Part shown: positions 38,588 through 51,192 of the stretch, in pieces
Layout: the number at the start of each line of letters is the position of its first letter
Position numbering within the stretch: position 1 is the first letter of the stretch
Assembly (NCBI GenBank): GCA_026025075.1
Contig: JAPEUI010000050.1
Span: forward strand, 1 to 64,000
Direction: 5' to 3'
Length of the DNA: 64,000 bases
Source: Vezdaea acicularis
Taxonomy: Eukaryota
Translations under genes and position numbers: made by a program
The notes under the pieces: model-generated
Told to the model about the DNA's origin: nothing
What the model saw: the letters and a program-made list of their open reading frames with translations, nothing else
Databases searched by the model: none

Positions 38588-39078
38588 AAAACTGTAATAT
38601 ACCTGTGCTCATAGAGGTCTGACTAGATTGATCACCTAATAGATGAAGACTTGATTTGTAGATATTCTCTGTCATCGCGTCATGGCATCTGTTTGCGCCC
38701 TTACATTGTATTGTGTAATTGGTTTCTCAAAGCGCCTTCAACCAGATACTCGGCGGCGTGGAACAAAAATAAAACAAGGCAGTAAAATCTTTTTTAAACA
38801 TAGTTAAAGAGTTTTACATACCTTCTGGAGAGTCTGAAGTGCGAGACAGTTTTAGATATATTCGGTTTGCTCAAGGTTACACTAGTCTACGCTAATCTCG
38901 AAGAGTAGTAGCGGCCGCTGACATAACACGCGGACGCATTGCTCATCGCTGCCTGTCCCCACCTCGTTCATTCAACCTTGCCTGTATTCACCACATATCC
39001 ACCACTTATCCACCAAGACCCCAAAGAAAATCTTTCACACGAAGAACGAAACCTTCAAAACCCGTCTTTCAGCTCTGA

Positions 39079-39614
<536 letters not shown>

Positions 39615-40189
39615 ATGCAGTAATGCGAGGGCGACTCTTTCAGGTACTTGCTAGGGCGTTTTTCGGATACTGCGAAGGGCTGTCTTTGAGAGCTATGGGG
39701 GTTGCTGAGGACGAGGCCGGATTGCAATAGGGACACACGCGCACTATCAGTCTATCAGAAGACCGCTTTGCACCTCTCACAAGATCTAATACCTTGGCCT
39801 CATTCTTTACGACCGCTCAACAAACTGTCGGTGCTGCTCTACGGCCGACGAGGCTCGAATTTTGACTTGCTAGGGTTGGTAAAATGGTATCTTTGTAGCT
39901 AGAGTCATCAGAATCAATCTCTCCCAGATCATTCGCGCAAAACGGATGCAAAAAAGGAGTCGTATTGTGAGTGTGATGACGCCCCGCCTCTCTGGCGCAG
40001 GAAGCTTAGTCCCGATCAAGTAGCCCCTCGCCATGCATATGGGTAAACCCAAGGTTGAGTTAAAGCTGTCGCATCGCTGCCTCTGTAGACATCCACAGCA
40101 ACCTATTCAGACATCTTCTTGAGTCCCTGAGCCCATCCTCCCCACACATTTTGCTCGATAATTGCCGGTATGACTCCATCCCTACCACC

Positions 40190-40671
40190 TCACCCTCCCC
40201 TCTCCCCCTCTCTAACAAATCCGCCCCGCCACGATACCGGTACACCAGTTCTCCTACACCCAAACCAATTAGCCATTTCCAATCGCATAAACGCTATCTC
40301 CTAGCCCTCTTCCACATCTGTCCCTTCACCGACACCCCTCAACTCCGCACCAACCGCCGTGCTCCATCCACGCATCGGACCTGCACCCCTACACCCCTGC
40401 ACCCACCATTACCCCCCTCGCCCCTTCATCAACCCAAACAAACACCCAAAAACTCACCGAAACAGCGCAGAAACAGTATCCTCCCAACCCCTCCCCGCCT
40501 CGTTCTCCTCGCGTCGAATCCTCGTTGCTGCGGCCCCAACGCCGATGGCGATCGCGAATACCGGGTCCGCGACTCTGCTCGACAGTATTAGTAAGGGAAG
40601 GAAAGCTGAGGGGGAGGAGAAGGGGGAGAGGGTTACTTGGAGATCAGATATGTGTAGCGCGGGTAGGACAT
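40190..40671 (-). CDS. NCE101: Non-classical export protein Nce101-like microprotein (exons 40671-40637, 40574-40458, 40253-40190)
   Basis: Spliced MSYPRYTYLISKVADPVFAIAIGVGAAATRIRREENEAGRGWEDTVSALFRRTG...; YLIS..DP.FA..IG motif; canonical splice signals. Confidence 0.8.
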
Positions 40672-41128
40672 TAGGAGGTGTTGGAGTACTTTTCTTTTGG
40701 GTGGGGGAAGTGGATGGCGCATAGGAAGGAGATGCGGAGTGCGGCGTAGAGCGAATGGGGTACCGTAGCGGGCGAGAAGGTGGTGGAGGGGGGAATTGCC
40801 CCTATTTAATGGCGGACGCCCGCGTTGACGGCGGGTTCAATGCTGCCATTTTAATTCATGATCCCGCGCATAAAACCCAAGCATATCATGCACAGATGGT
40901 CCTCAGGTTCAGATTGAAGCTTTTGGTATTGAGAAGTGATTATGTATTTACAGTATGCCTATTGGTGATGCACCGGCCTGTGCATGTGTTATACAGACGA
41001 ACCAACGTGATATGTACAGGACTAAGAGACGCTGCGACGCTATAATCAAACATCTGCGTAGGCAGAGATGAAACACAAATACAAGCCCCCCAGCAACTGC
41101 TTGGTTTCTGGTATAAGTAGACAGGTGC

Positions 41129-42387
41129 TCATAGCACCTTGTTAAAGGCGGGTATAAGGGTCTGTGCAAGCCAGAAAGAGAAGACGAGTTTCGGGCCGGT
41201 CATCAAGAGCTGCAATGAGAATTAGCACGCGTTTCCCTTTTTGAGAGTAATTCAAGCCTCGGGGGAACCGCACCTTCGGAGTCAAACCCTTAAAAAAGCT
41301 GCTGAATCCCTCCTCCCTAATCATACTCCTAATAATCCGCATCCCACTCTCGGGGTTCTCAAAATTGCGATTCTGTATTCTGGTTTTGATGACATCAAGC
41401 GGTGCAGAGACGACTAAACTCGCCGTCGCACCCCCAATACTTGCGACGAAATTCTGCAGCCAGCTCGCCTTGTTGTAGTCCTCTAGCTTATATAGATACT
41501 GTTTAGTCGCCGCGCTCCCGCCAAAAAGGGCGAATGAGCCAGGAGCGTTTCGCGCAGCGGTCCAACCCCAGCCCCGGTAAAGGCCGAGGCCTTCGTCGGC
41601 GACGATTTGGAAAATGTTGCGGTTGCGGAAGGCGGCGGGGTTGGTTTGGCGCTTGATCTTGAGGACGTCGAGAGGGAGGAGGACGATCTCGCCTATGCCT
41701 ATTATGCTGCAAAGAAAGGGTCGTGTGAGCTTCTGGTCAGAGGGTGGTAGCAAATAAGTAGAGCAGCTACCTTCCGGCGGTGGCGTGCATGATTGCCTTT
41801 CCTGTTCCCCTTCCGAATGCGTTGTCAAATTCAGTGCCGTGATGCTGGGCTAGATAGTCCCGAACGAATGGTTGTCCGCCATATTTATATATTCGTTGAA
41901 GGACCTAACTCGGTCAGCTTCCAGGCACGACCGAAGTGTTGCGACAAAGTGACCTTGTAACCTGCAGCATATCCCAACCCCGGAAATAACGAGACGAATT
42001 TCTTTGGTAATGTGGCACCGGCTTTGTCTTTGAAGACGACTGCGTTGAGCTGACTTATTGTACTAACCTACACGGTCCAACAAGTCAATTGAGTTTGTTG
42101 GATGGTGTGTCGAAAGGAATACCTTTCCCTGATTGCTCATTAACCGCTTTGCGGTTGTGTCAACCTGTTCATTATCAGTCAATCATTGCGCAATAGAGCG
42201 AACAAGGGCATACTGGATGGAAGACTGCAAGCTCAGCAATACCAGCGGATCCTATCTCTGTTTAATTGGAATTCTCAAGACGTCTGAGATTTGCTATACC
42301 AGATCCAAGTAACCGCGCCAGTGTCGACTCGGTCTTATAGTCCTTCGCCGCGGAGCTAGGTGCTGTCGGTAAAACTGCTGGCGCCAT
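41129..42387 (-). CDS. GGC1: Mitochondrial GTP/GDP carrier (Ggc1/Yhm1), multiple introns
   Basis: ARLLGS-GSAGIAELAVFHP-VDTTAKRLMSN, LFPGLGYAAGYK-VLQRIYKYGGQP, LPLDVLKIKRQTN, ARNAPGSFALFGG. Confidence 0.95.
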
Positions 42388-43297
42388 GGCCGCAGAGATG
42401 CTCGGAGAAGAGCGCAGCAAAGAGAATTGCGCTCGAAGCAACACTCTCCAGATACTCTAATCACAAAGAGATATAGGATGTTGGGGGTGCGTCGAAAATC
42501 GAATTTGCAGAAACGAGTGATACAGAAATTATTACGTGGTTCGTGCCTCGAAACTTTTCGCGGCGGTGATCTTTAGCCGAGTGTCGGAGACTACATTTTA
42601 CGGCAAGCAAGCGCAACGTAAAAAGACTATACACACGTGAGATCCGAACAAATCCACGTGACATTTACTTTTTGCATCTCCAAGGTCTTACGACAGGGAC
42701 CTCCTGGGGAGGGTGTTCCGCCTGCAAAGTCCGGCAAGCAACAAGGAAGTTCTCACACCAAAACAATGCGCCAAAGCCACCTTACCCTCCACCCAGAGGA
42801 GCATGAACTAGATAGTAGGTACAACTGATACTATCCTGAATTTTTGCCCCGTCTGTGGAGTACTACATGAATATACAGTCTGTGCAGGAGACCTCCTCGT
42901 CACACGTCCTCGGGAGTTAAAGGGAGTGTATGAGCCAACCCTTTTCCCCCCTTCCCCCACAAAACAAATGCTCTCTTTTTCGAAAGGCAGATATTTGGGC
43001 ATTTCGTATGAGCATACCTAAGCTTTGGGGTTTTGCATCGCGTTCAGGAGTTCAATGCTTATGTCAAAGAGAGTAGTGGGGACTTTGTGGCCTGTCCCTG
43101 GGTGCTGATGCTAATACCGCTTTGAGCATGTGCAACGTACGACTATTGATGCATAGAGTAGCTTTTTGCTTTGATTTTGACACATATATTGATCATTTAG
43201 ACGTAATGCTCATTCATATCACGCACGCACGCTAGATAGAGTTGATGTCTTTAATGAAAGCAAGTATACACAACAAAAGCAAGGCCACGCCCCACTA

Positions 43298-45090
43298 TTA
43301 TGAAGTGACAGCACATTGAGTCGTTCCGCATACAGCTGCCAGAGCGCTGGATGGCACGAATGTCTCCACTGTGCTCGAGTTCCCCAGACTCTTTCCATCG
43401 GCGGCGAGGGCCTCCACGAATGCGTAGGTGGTGTATCCGGTGGTGGTGGTATACATAGTCTCGAATCCAGACTTGATGGCTGGCCCAAGGGTGGTGAATG
43501 ACGCTGGGTTCGTATCGTTTGACACGTGAAACATATAGGATTCGACTTCAGTTGCGCCGTTCCATCTGCGCGAGGGGTCGATTAGTTAGTAGAGAAGCGT
43601 TTGCAGGGTATGTGCGGATAGGAGGGGATTCAAAGGGGAAGACCCACGAGACGTAGAAGGCAACGTCAGAGTTTACGCTCTGGGCATACGTCCACAGTTT
43701 GGGTGTATCAATAGGTGCTGCGGTCCAGTTGAACTTGTACCACCTGTAGTTCTGGAGTGCTTTTCCTAGGTTCGCATACCAGACAGCCGTGCCAGCGTTC
43801 GTGAACTCGGCCACGTTGGGATTGGAGCCGAAGCCCTCGAAGACGTTACCATTAGGTAGGACTTGGAAATTTCCCTGGGACGCGGAGTCTAATTCGCCCT
43901 CGGGTGCGTAATACGCTTGCACCAACGTTGCGGTATGCGTGTCATTGTTGGCAGCGATGATGAGAGCGCCAGACTGTGGGGCTGTATTTGTAGTGCCGTC
44001 GTCGCCATTATCAAAGATTGAGAGGATGGTGACGGTAGTGTTAGCGGACTGGAAGCGTGCGTCGTGCTGGGAGCTGAAGTTAAGTCCTTGGAAGCTGAAG
44101 TCGGATTTCTTGCCGCCTAGGCGCCAGATGATACTTCCATCCGTACCTGACACTTTGTAGATGGTATTCGTATGGCGGAAGGAAACAAGATAGTCTCCTT
44201 CGGGTGTCTTATCAATGGAGTTCAAGTGACTGGGATGACATGAGTAAAGAAGAAGTTAGAGGGGGGGCTTTCTTAACTCCTTACTAAACATCCCACGGAG
44301 AGGAGGGGCTCTTGCCATCTCCCGCGATTCCATTGCCATTTGGCAACACATAGCTCTCGGAAGGATCAACATGATTTACGCCGTTCCAATCGAATATCAC
44401 CGCACCAGTGACAACGTCTATCTCTTGGAATGCCCCGGCTAGTAGCCAGCCCACGGAGGCGCTAACACCGTACGCGCTAAGATCGTACTGGATCGTTTCG
44501 TAGATCGAAATGATAGCTGTCTTGCCTCCAGGTTGCATATTGAACTCATGCAGGTCGGCACCAGTCCGGCCAAGCCCCGGTTTTATCGATGTCACAATTC
44601 GATAGGTATTATCCATGACTATGGCGGCAGCCCGCCCGTATCCCCCTATGCTGACACCTCCTGTGTAGCACAGATAGCCAGGAGACCCATTGTAATCGCA
44701 GACCTTCAAGTCAAACACTGCTTGTGAGCCGGAAGTACCAAAGCCTGCCCAGACAAGGTTCTGCGAGAAATTAGTGCGTGCTTTCGCCTGAGGTTGCACA
44801 ATTTCACTTACCCCACTGTTATCGTAGATATATGGACCTGGTTGATCGCCATAGGACGGTGTCGCGAAGATATACCCTGGCGTGACATACTGATCATTAC
44901 TTAGGGTGACATCTAGGATGGGCGCCTCAAGGTCAGGCCGCTGTTAGGAGCAAGAGTTAGCTCTAACACTTTGCCTTTACTGCCCTTGTCTCGGTATACT
45001 GACAGTCATGAATGAGTAGACCGGCTGCGTAACGTTATCAGCGAGAGACATGCTCGCTAGAAAGCCAGTCAAGCAAAGTGCCGTCCTCAT
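43298..45090 (-). CDS. Secreted arylsulfotransferase (ASST)-family protein, several introns
   Basis: Signal peptide MRTALCLTGFLASMSLA; RPDLEAP; GPYIYD; DLHEF; HLNSIDK..GDYLVSFRH; WRLGGK.SDF; QHDARF; SQGN.Q.LPNGN. Confidence 0.9.
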
Positions 45091-45240
45091 CTTTGAGAGG
45101 GAGATATTAGGCGTCATCTTGGAAAGAGAGCTCTACCTCAAGCAATGCCGAGTCTGCTACAATCAGACAGCTGGCTGGAATTGAACGTTCGCCCAAGACC
45201 GCACGGCAAGTTGAATCGACAACGCAGGTACAAGGCAGGG

Positions 45241-46467
45241 ACCTATCCACCATATAAGGTACGCAGCCAACCTTCGACGCGCTGGATATCGTACGGCCAT
45301 AGCTAATAGATAGGTATGGCACGCTGGCGGCTGAGTCTAGCACGCCCCTGGATAGAGGGAGGACAGATTGGTATGACTTTCTTAGGTGGGGGGATGCAGG
45401 TTCGTGGTGCGTTACATTTCGAGACTATCCGGCGAGGGGTCCTCAGACATACGCGAAGTACCTCATGATACTTGCGGCAAGCCTGCCCTGTTCCGACAAA
45501 AAGACGCGCTCAGATGGGCCTCCGGCTCAAAAGGGTCCTGGGGATCGTGTGCCCATTGGACTGGTTCGATGACGAATGTGGGTGGAAGGTTAGATTGATA
45601 AAGAATACCCCACATCGCGGGCACACAAAATCAGGACGGACGGGGTGCTGAGTGCTGATGGAAGTTGGTTTTTGGGACGACGAAACCCGTGGGAAGATTG
45701 GCGAGCTGTCCCGTCAGCTCCCACGGTTGTGCCGGGTTAAGGCTCGGATTGGTGGAGGACAAGCGAGGGCCCTCTGGCCAGGCTAATGTGGCTCAATATG
45801 CATAAATGGGCTTCGCTTTCTGCTGCTGTTTTCAAGTATTATTCGCAAAAAGCAAAACGGCGGATGCGTAACCGTCGAACGCCATCCCATGCAGGATCGA
45901 AGAGTGCGGGCAGCATTGTACCGGATTAGCAAAAGGAAAAAAAAGCCCTAGAGGCTCGTGGTCCAATAGAACGTCCGACTTTATCAAAATGATCACACGA
46001 CCTCTTCCTACTTGAGGACTTCCCTTGGCTGATCCTAAATGTGAAAACCGGACCGTCCGTTAGCACGCAAATAGGCTCAGACTGGGGGATAAAGGCGATA
46101 ACGGCCGTAGGCTGGTGCGGTTCCATTCCACGAATCAAGTGGCGGCATATTGGGAGAAGTATCTGGACTGTTGAAAATTGGTTGTGGCGCGATGAAGACT
46201 GACGTTGACCGTTGACGTATCGGTCCAGTTTTCAAAGTCAGCAATCTAGGCTCGATCGTCACCCTACTCCATGGTCTGGAATGGTAAGGAACTGCTCCAC
46301 TACATGAGATCTGTATATGTTACTCGGGACCTTCTGCTAGGTATGTGCCATTTCCTTTTGTGCCAGGCCCCGGGTTCGCAGCGGCTTCATTTTTGGCTGT
46401 CTTTGCTTCCACTGTTATATGTTCACATTGGGAGAGGAGCAAATATCAAGCCAAGGCATGGCAGAAG
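45241..46467 (+). ncRNA. Candidate ~1.2 kb structured non-coding RNA between two minus-strand genes
   Basis: Successive nested 7-11 bp helices with + strand G-U pairs; no credible ORF. Confidence 0.45.
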
Positions 46468-47004
46468 TGCAGAGCAATGCCTCGTCGTGGGCTGATTTGC
46501 TTTTTCTTAGCACAATTACAGGTAAATGTAAAATTGAAAATGCCTTGCTCAGTTCGAGACCGTTCAATCAATAGAACTACTCAATAGACTTTATGCATCA
46601 CGCTGCATCATTGACTTGTATAGACTTAAATACCATCATCTGAATATATTATTCGCCAGAAGTACACCCTCATGAGCTTCGTATGCGTCCAGAGACCGGC
46701 CGTTCCTCGTTATGAACCGAAACGTGAGTCGACCTAATGAGAATCGTTGATAATAAAAAGAAATCCGTACATATCTCACCGCCGACCTGTTCAGGGTATC
46801 ATGCAGCCTTTTAGCCCCAGCGAATGCAAAGATCTACATGAAAAGCAGGTCGCGACACCCCTTCAGTCCTTTCGAATCTCTCAGCTACCGCCCCGTTCGT
46901 AGCGACGACAATGTGATTGGCCAAGAAGAAAATTTTGTTCGAATCAAGATCGATGCATACTCCGGAACTCCGCAGTCTGCAGGTAGTATCTGTGAGCTCG
47001 TACA

Positions 47005-48153
47005 CTAGTTCGGGCAGCTGCTAGAAATATGACCCGGTTCCTTGCATTTATAGCATATGCGCTCTTTACTGGCTTCCTGAGGACATTCACGACTGAGATG
47101 CCCGACCTCACCGCCTATAAGGAGTTAGCTCAGCTTGATCAATTGGCAACAACGTCGTTACATGATGACTTACAGTTGTAACACTTCTGACCCTGGGTAC
47201 AATCTCTCGCCATATGTCCAAATCCGCCACAGGAGTAGCACGTACCGCCACCGCCGGAGCCACGGCCACCTGCATACCCACCACTACCTCCACCTCCACC
47301 TCCATACCCACCTCCAGGAGCGTTTCCATAACCCCCAGCATTGTTGGTAGGACAGTTACGAGCAATGTGCCCGGGTTCACCACATTTGTAGCATTCTCCG
47401 GACGTGCCTCCACCAAAGCCACCTCCGTAACCACCACCGCCGTACCCTCCGGCGCCACCCTGACCACCTTGCGGATTATTTGGGCATTCGCGGGACATGT
47501 GGCCAGGATCGCCACAGCGGTAGCAGGCCTTCTTCTGGGGCTCACTACATTCGCGGCCTAGAATAGAAGAATCAGACGCTAAATCTAGAGTCAGGATGAC
47601 TTTGAGGTCTTACTCATGTGGCCCTCCTCTATCATAGTCCGACTAATGTTAGTATCTGGATACTAGCAAGCTCCAAGGGCAGAAATATAAGGCACTTACG
47701 ACCACAATTATAACTGGCTTGGTATTAGTGGGAAATAAATAATAACAATCTCATTTTCCGGACTGACCATTTTTGGGCGCCCTTCCTTGGGCAATCCTTT
47801 GCCTGTTACGGCGTTAGATGAAGCTAATGCGAGTGCTGTGATGGGGGGCGAGGTTGGCGAGATAGCCCGCGAAAGCTTACCTGATGACTTGTGTCACCAC
47901 CTTCAATAATAGTCAGCATATAATCAGAGTTCTGACAGTACTAATGAGATTATTTCATGATTTGAGAAAAGCTCCGAAAAGTATAACGCTTGGCTGCGAC
48001 AATTCTAGGTTCCAGTACATGCGACGCGCTGAAGCGTGCCATATAGGAACTGGAAATCGCCCTTTACGTGACGTATGAGGAAATCGCAAGGGATCAAATC
48101 AAGCACTTACAAGTATAACAAGCTCTGCCTCCTGCTGCACCGGAATAATCCAT
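47005..48153 (-). CDS. GIS2: CCHC zinc-knuckle RNA-binding protein (Gis2/Byr3/CNBP), 7 exons
   Basis: Repeated CYxCGxxGHxxRxCP knuckles with Gly-rich linkers. Small exons at 47881-47900, 47768-47802, 47700-47713 and 47614-47628 splice in frame. Confidence 0.92.
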
Positions 48154-48734
48154 TTTTAGGAGCAATTATTGTCTTTGTCTCGTAAAGAGTGACCTAACAC
48201 CAGATAAAAGGTTAGAGCAGACCCTGGACGGAGAGCCTCGAGATCATTGTGGGGATCAAGGATCTTGAAGCACAGGCAGGGTACAGACGTAGTAATCCTT
48301 CCGAAGTATCAAGAAATCGCCTTGTCAACGAAGGAGCGTGATAACGTCGCCTGTTAACTTCGGATTGGAATATTCTCACCGACGAAGCGTAGATGAACTC
48401 TAAAGAAGGAAGATGGGAGGTAAGGTGGGTCAAAAAATTCCGGGTCGATCTCGCCGCTAATCGTGACGGGCGACTGGATGCGCTTACTCGCCAAGAAAAT
48501 AGCAGCTCGGCAACTTGAGTCCATGCCGGAAACCTGGTTCGCCTGGCTTAGCCCAGCAGTTGCATGCATTTTTTGCTTTTGGATGGACCTTCAGCCTCGT
48601 CTGTAGCATTCCATCGGCTCCTCCTGGCCTGTACGACCTTGCCTTCAACAGAAACAGATATGTACTGTCATGACGCATTCTGATGAAGTGTCGTTGATAC
48701 AGTAGTGAGGTTTGCGCTGGAGCGGCAAAATGCT

Positions 48735-48758
48735 CGTACGTACGTACGTACGTACGTA
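48735..48758. repeat. Self-complementary (CGTA)6 microsatellite
   Basis: CGTACGTACGTACGTACGTACGTA read directly. Confidence 0.95.
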
Positions 48759-49119
48759 GGAGATCAACCTCAATCTCATTTCGATGGCCAACCCAATGAC
48801 CTACCTCTGCAATAATGCAGCTCAAGGAGGGCCGCACTCTTTGCATTTCAAAAACTATTCGTTGAAGACGATCTGCAACTCAATTATTTCTTCGGGTAAT
48901 GCTGTTATAATGGCGATACACATCCTCCTATACTTGCAGGGAGTCTCGTGGCGGCATATTTCAGTGGTCTGCGCATGTATCTTCAGTAGATTCAGTCGAT
49001 CCTATCGTGAGCCTGAGTAAGGCCACAAACGGGCACAATTGTTAGACTTCCTGGACAAAAGCGCCTGCTTCTGCTGCTATCATACATGGACGTGTGAGCG
49101 ATGCAGTGCTCACGCCATT

Positions 49120-50829
49120 TCAGGTAAAATCATACACGACTAGATCCTGACTTCCTCGTTCTTTCTCTCGTAACACTACCACTTTCTCGTCATCGAATCC
49201 CACCCACCCGCCCGTACGACTGGTTTCTTCTGTTCGATATTCGAAGGCAAGACCAAGTCCAGTGCCCCGACGCGAAATAGCTCTGGATATGACATCAAGA
49301 TTTTGTGGGGTTTTAGACGTCTTCTTTTCTGGTAATACGCGGACGCTGAGCTGGCCTGAAGCCAGCCGGCGCCTAGAAGCGTTCGAGCTAATGCCACCTT
49401 CCAGCTCCCAAACTCGAAGCTCGTCACCTCGAGAAGTCACGGACACAGCTTTGCCTCGACCGCCTACATGAGCGCTCGACACAGAGGAAGTGTGGCCCCA
49501 AAGCCTGTTACCCGGACTGATACTTAAACCTCTAGCCGAAGAAGTTACTAGGTACAAAGTAAGGGTGTTATCTTGGTGAGATGCTAAAAGGTAAGGATGA
49601 TTATACGACAAAGTTGTCGGTCTTGACATTGGTGCATCAAAAATGAGGTTGGCTGCTCCTTTTGGTAAAGTCTGATCTGTCTGAGGCGAAGCGCTAAACG
49701 ATGCTGGCGAAAGTGGATGGAATCCCTGATCTATCGCGGATGCCAATCGAGACTCCTCTATAGCGCCGTTGGGAGACATAGTCAGTTCCTGTATGCCGAC
49801 GGTCCACCCAGACAAGAATGTTGGCTGCGAAAAGACGACAGATGCTAATATTTTCTTCGATACAGTCCTAAGAGAAATTGACAGAGGGGGCCAAACTGTG
49901 TGCGATTTTAAAGAGCTTATTAGGCGAGGAGCGGTCAAAGTTGCATCAACGGCTTCAGAGCTGAGCGCGCCTCCAAAGTCATAAAGGGAGAGCAACTGTC
50001 CTTTGGTCATAGAGAGCAGGTAGGGCGAAGAAAATGATAAAGCGCTGATAAGTCCGTTCGATGATGGTGGATGTGAATATCGATGGGCAATAGTGCCCTG
50101 CTCCGTATACAGCTGATAAACACTGTAGCTCCCGTTCTCAAATCCAATGGAGATTGCACAATCCTTGCCCTCATCTTGATTGTTGATAGCAAGTGCGGTA
50201 GGCCGAAAGGACGGAAGCTTTTTCGAGGCTAATAGCTTCTTCTCTCCTTTCAAGCTCCATGCCCGAAGGCCTGCCGTCGATTCTACTGTTATCACTACAC
50301 CGTGATGAAGCCTTAGAAGGAGAGGCGGCAATGGCGGCTGCTCTAAAATTTTGATCTCGCTCAGACCACAGCTACCCTGTGCCCAGTTGTGACGTAACTT
50401 GTATTCCCTTTTCCAGTTTGTTTCCGCTCCTCTTCTGACAAGTCCTTCATCATCTAACCACTTCGATGCTCTTGATGAAAAGATAAGGGACTTGCCCGGT
50501 GTTGACAACTGCTTGATACCAGGTATTCTGGAGGCTCTAGGTAGTACAAATCGGTCGTAAAAAGCAGACTTCCAGACCTGAGAATCTCCACTAAGCTGGT
50601 TGAAACGGCGGGACACCCTGATTGAGTTAACCAATGTCATGTATAGGCAATCATGTCACAAGACTTACCTCTGACATAGGGCAAGGGAGGACACCGGCAC
50701 ATATTTTAGGATCCTTAGTAACAATTCGTCGCTCAAGTTAGATATAAGATCTGGCTCAGCTCGCCGCAACCTTTTGGATGGCTCTGCGTCGTCATGGGTG
50801 CCATTGCTCTCTCTTCGCCGCTTCGACAT
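49120..50829 (-). CDS. F-box protein with WD40-like C-terminal region (one intron ~50619-50667)
   Basis: F-box ISNLSDELLLRILKYVPVSSLALCQR-VSRRFNQLSGDSQVWK; YKLRHNW; LWGHTSSVS...LRVWEL. Confidence 0.88.
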
Positions 50830-51192
50830 ATTGGGGCGAAGAAATTTTGCTGTAGGTTTAAGGATATAATGTAGTATTAGATGAGTTTAAACTCCTCAGA
50901 GCAAGATGAGCTTGCCCCATTTCCTCAAGTTGACCTCTTCAAAGAATTTTTGACTTGAGGGGCTTTGAAGAGCAGCTATTCGCAAGTTGAGGTGACATCC
51001 CACCAAGAGTGGCATTACACGAGCCGATCACGTGAATTCGCTCGATGAACGCGCTTAAATGGGCGTGTGAGGCGGAGCTAAAAGCAAGCCACACCAGAGG
51101 TAGGCAGACGTCTGAGTAGGCACAAGCTACAGTCACACGGGTAAGGACTACATATTGCCATGGCAGCTCCTCCGTAAACATGATCAACATCA

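Noticed and set aside
46983..46993. GTAGTATCTGT resembling the U2 snRNA branch-pairing region
   Set aside because: Flanks do not match U2, and it lies in the GIS2 3' UTR on the opposite strand.
46672..47007. Possible small spliced + strand gene (GTGAGT 46724, CAG 46794)
   Set aside because: Translations show no recognisable features and it overlaps the GIS2 3' UTR. It could be the tail of a non-coding transcript.
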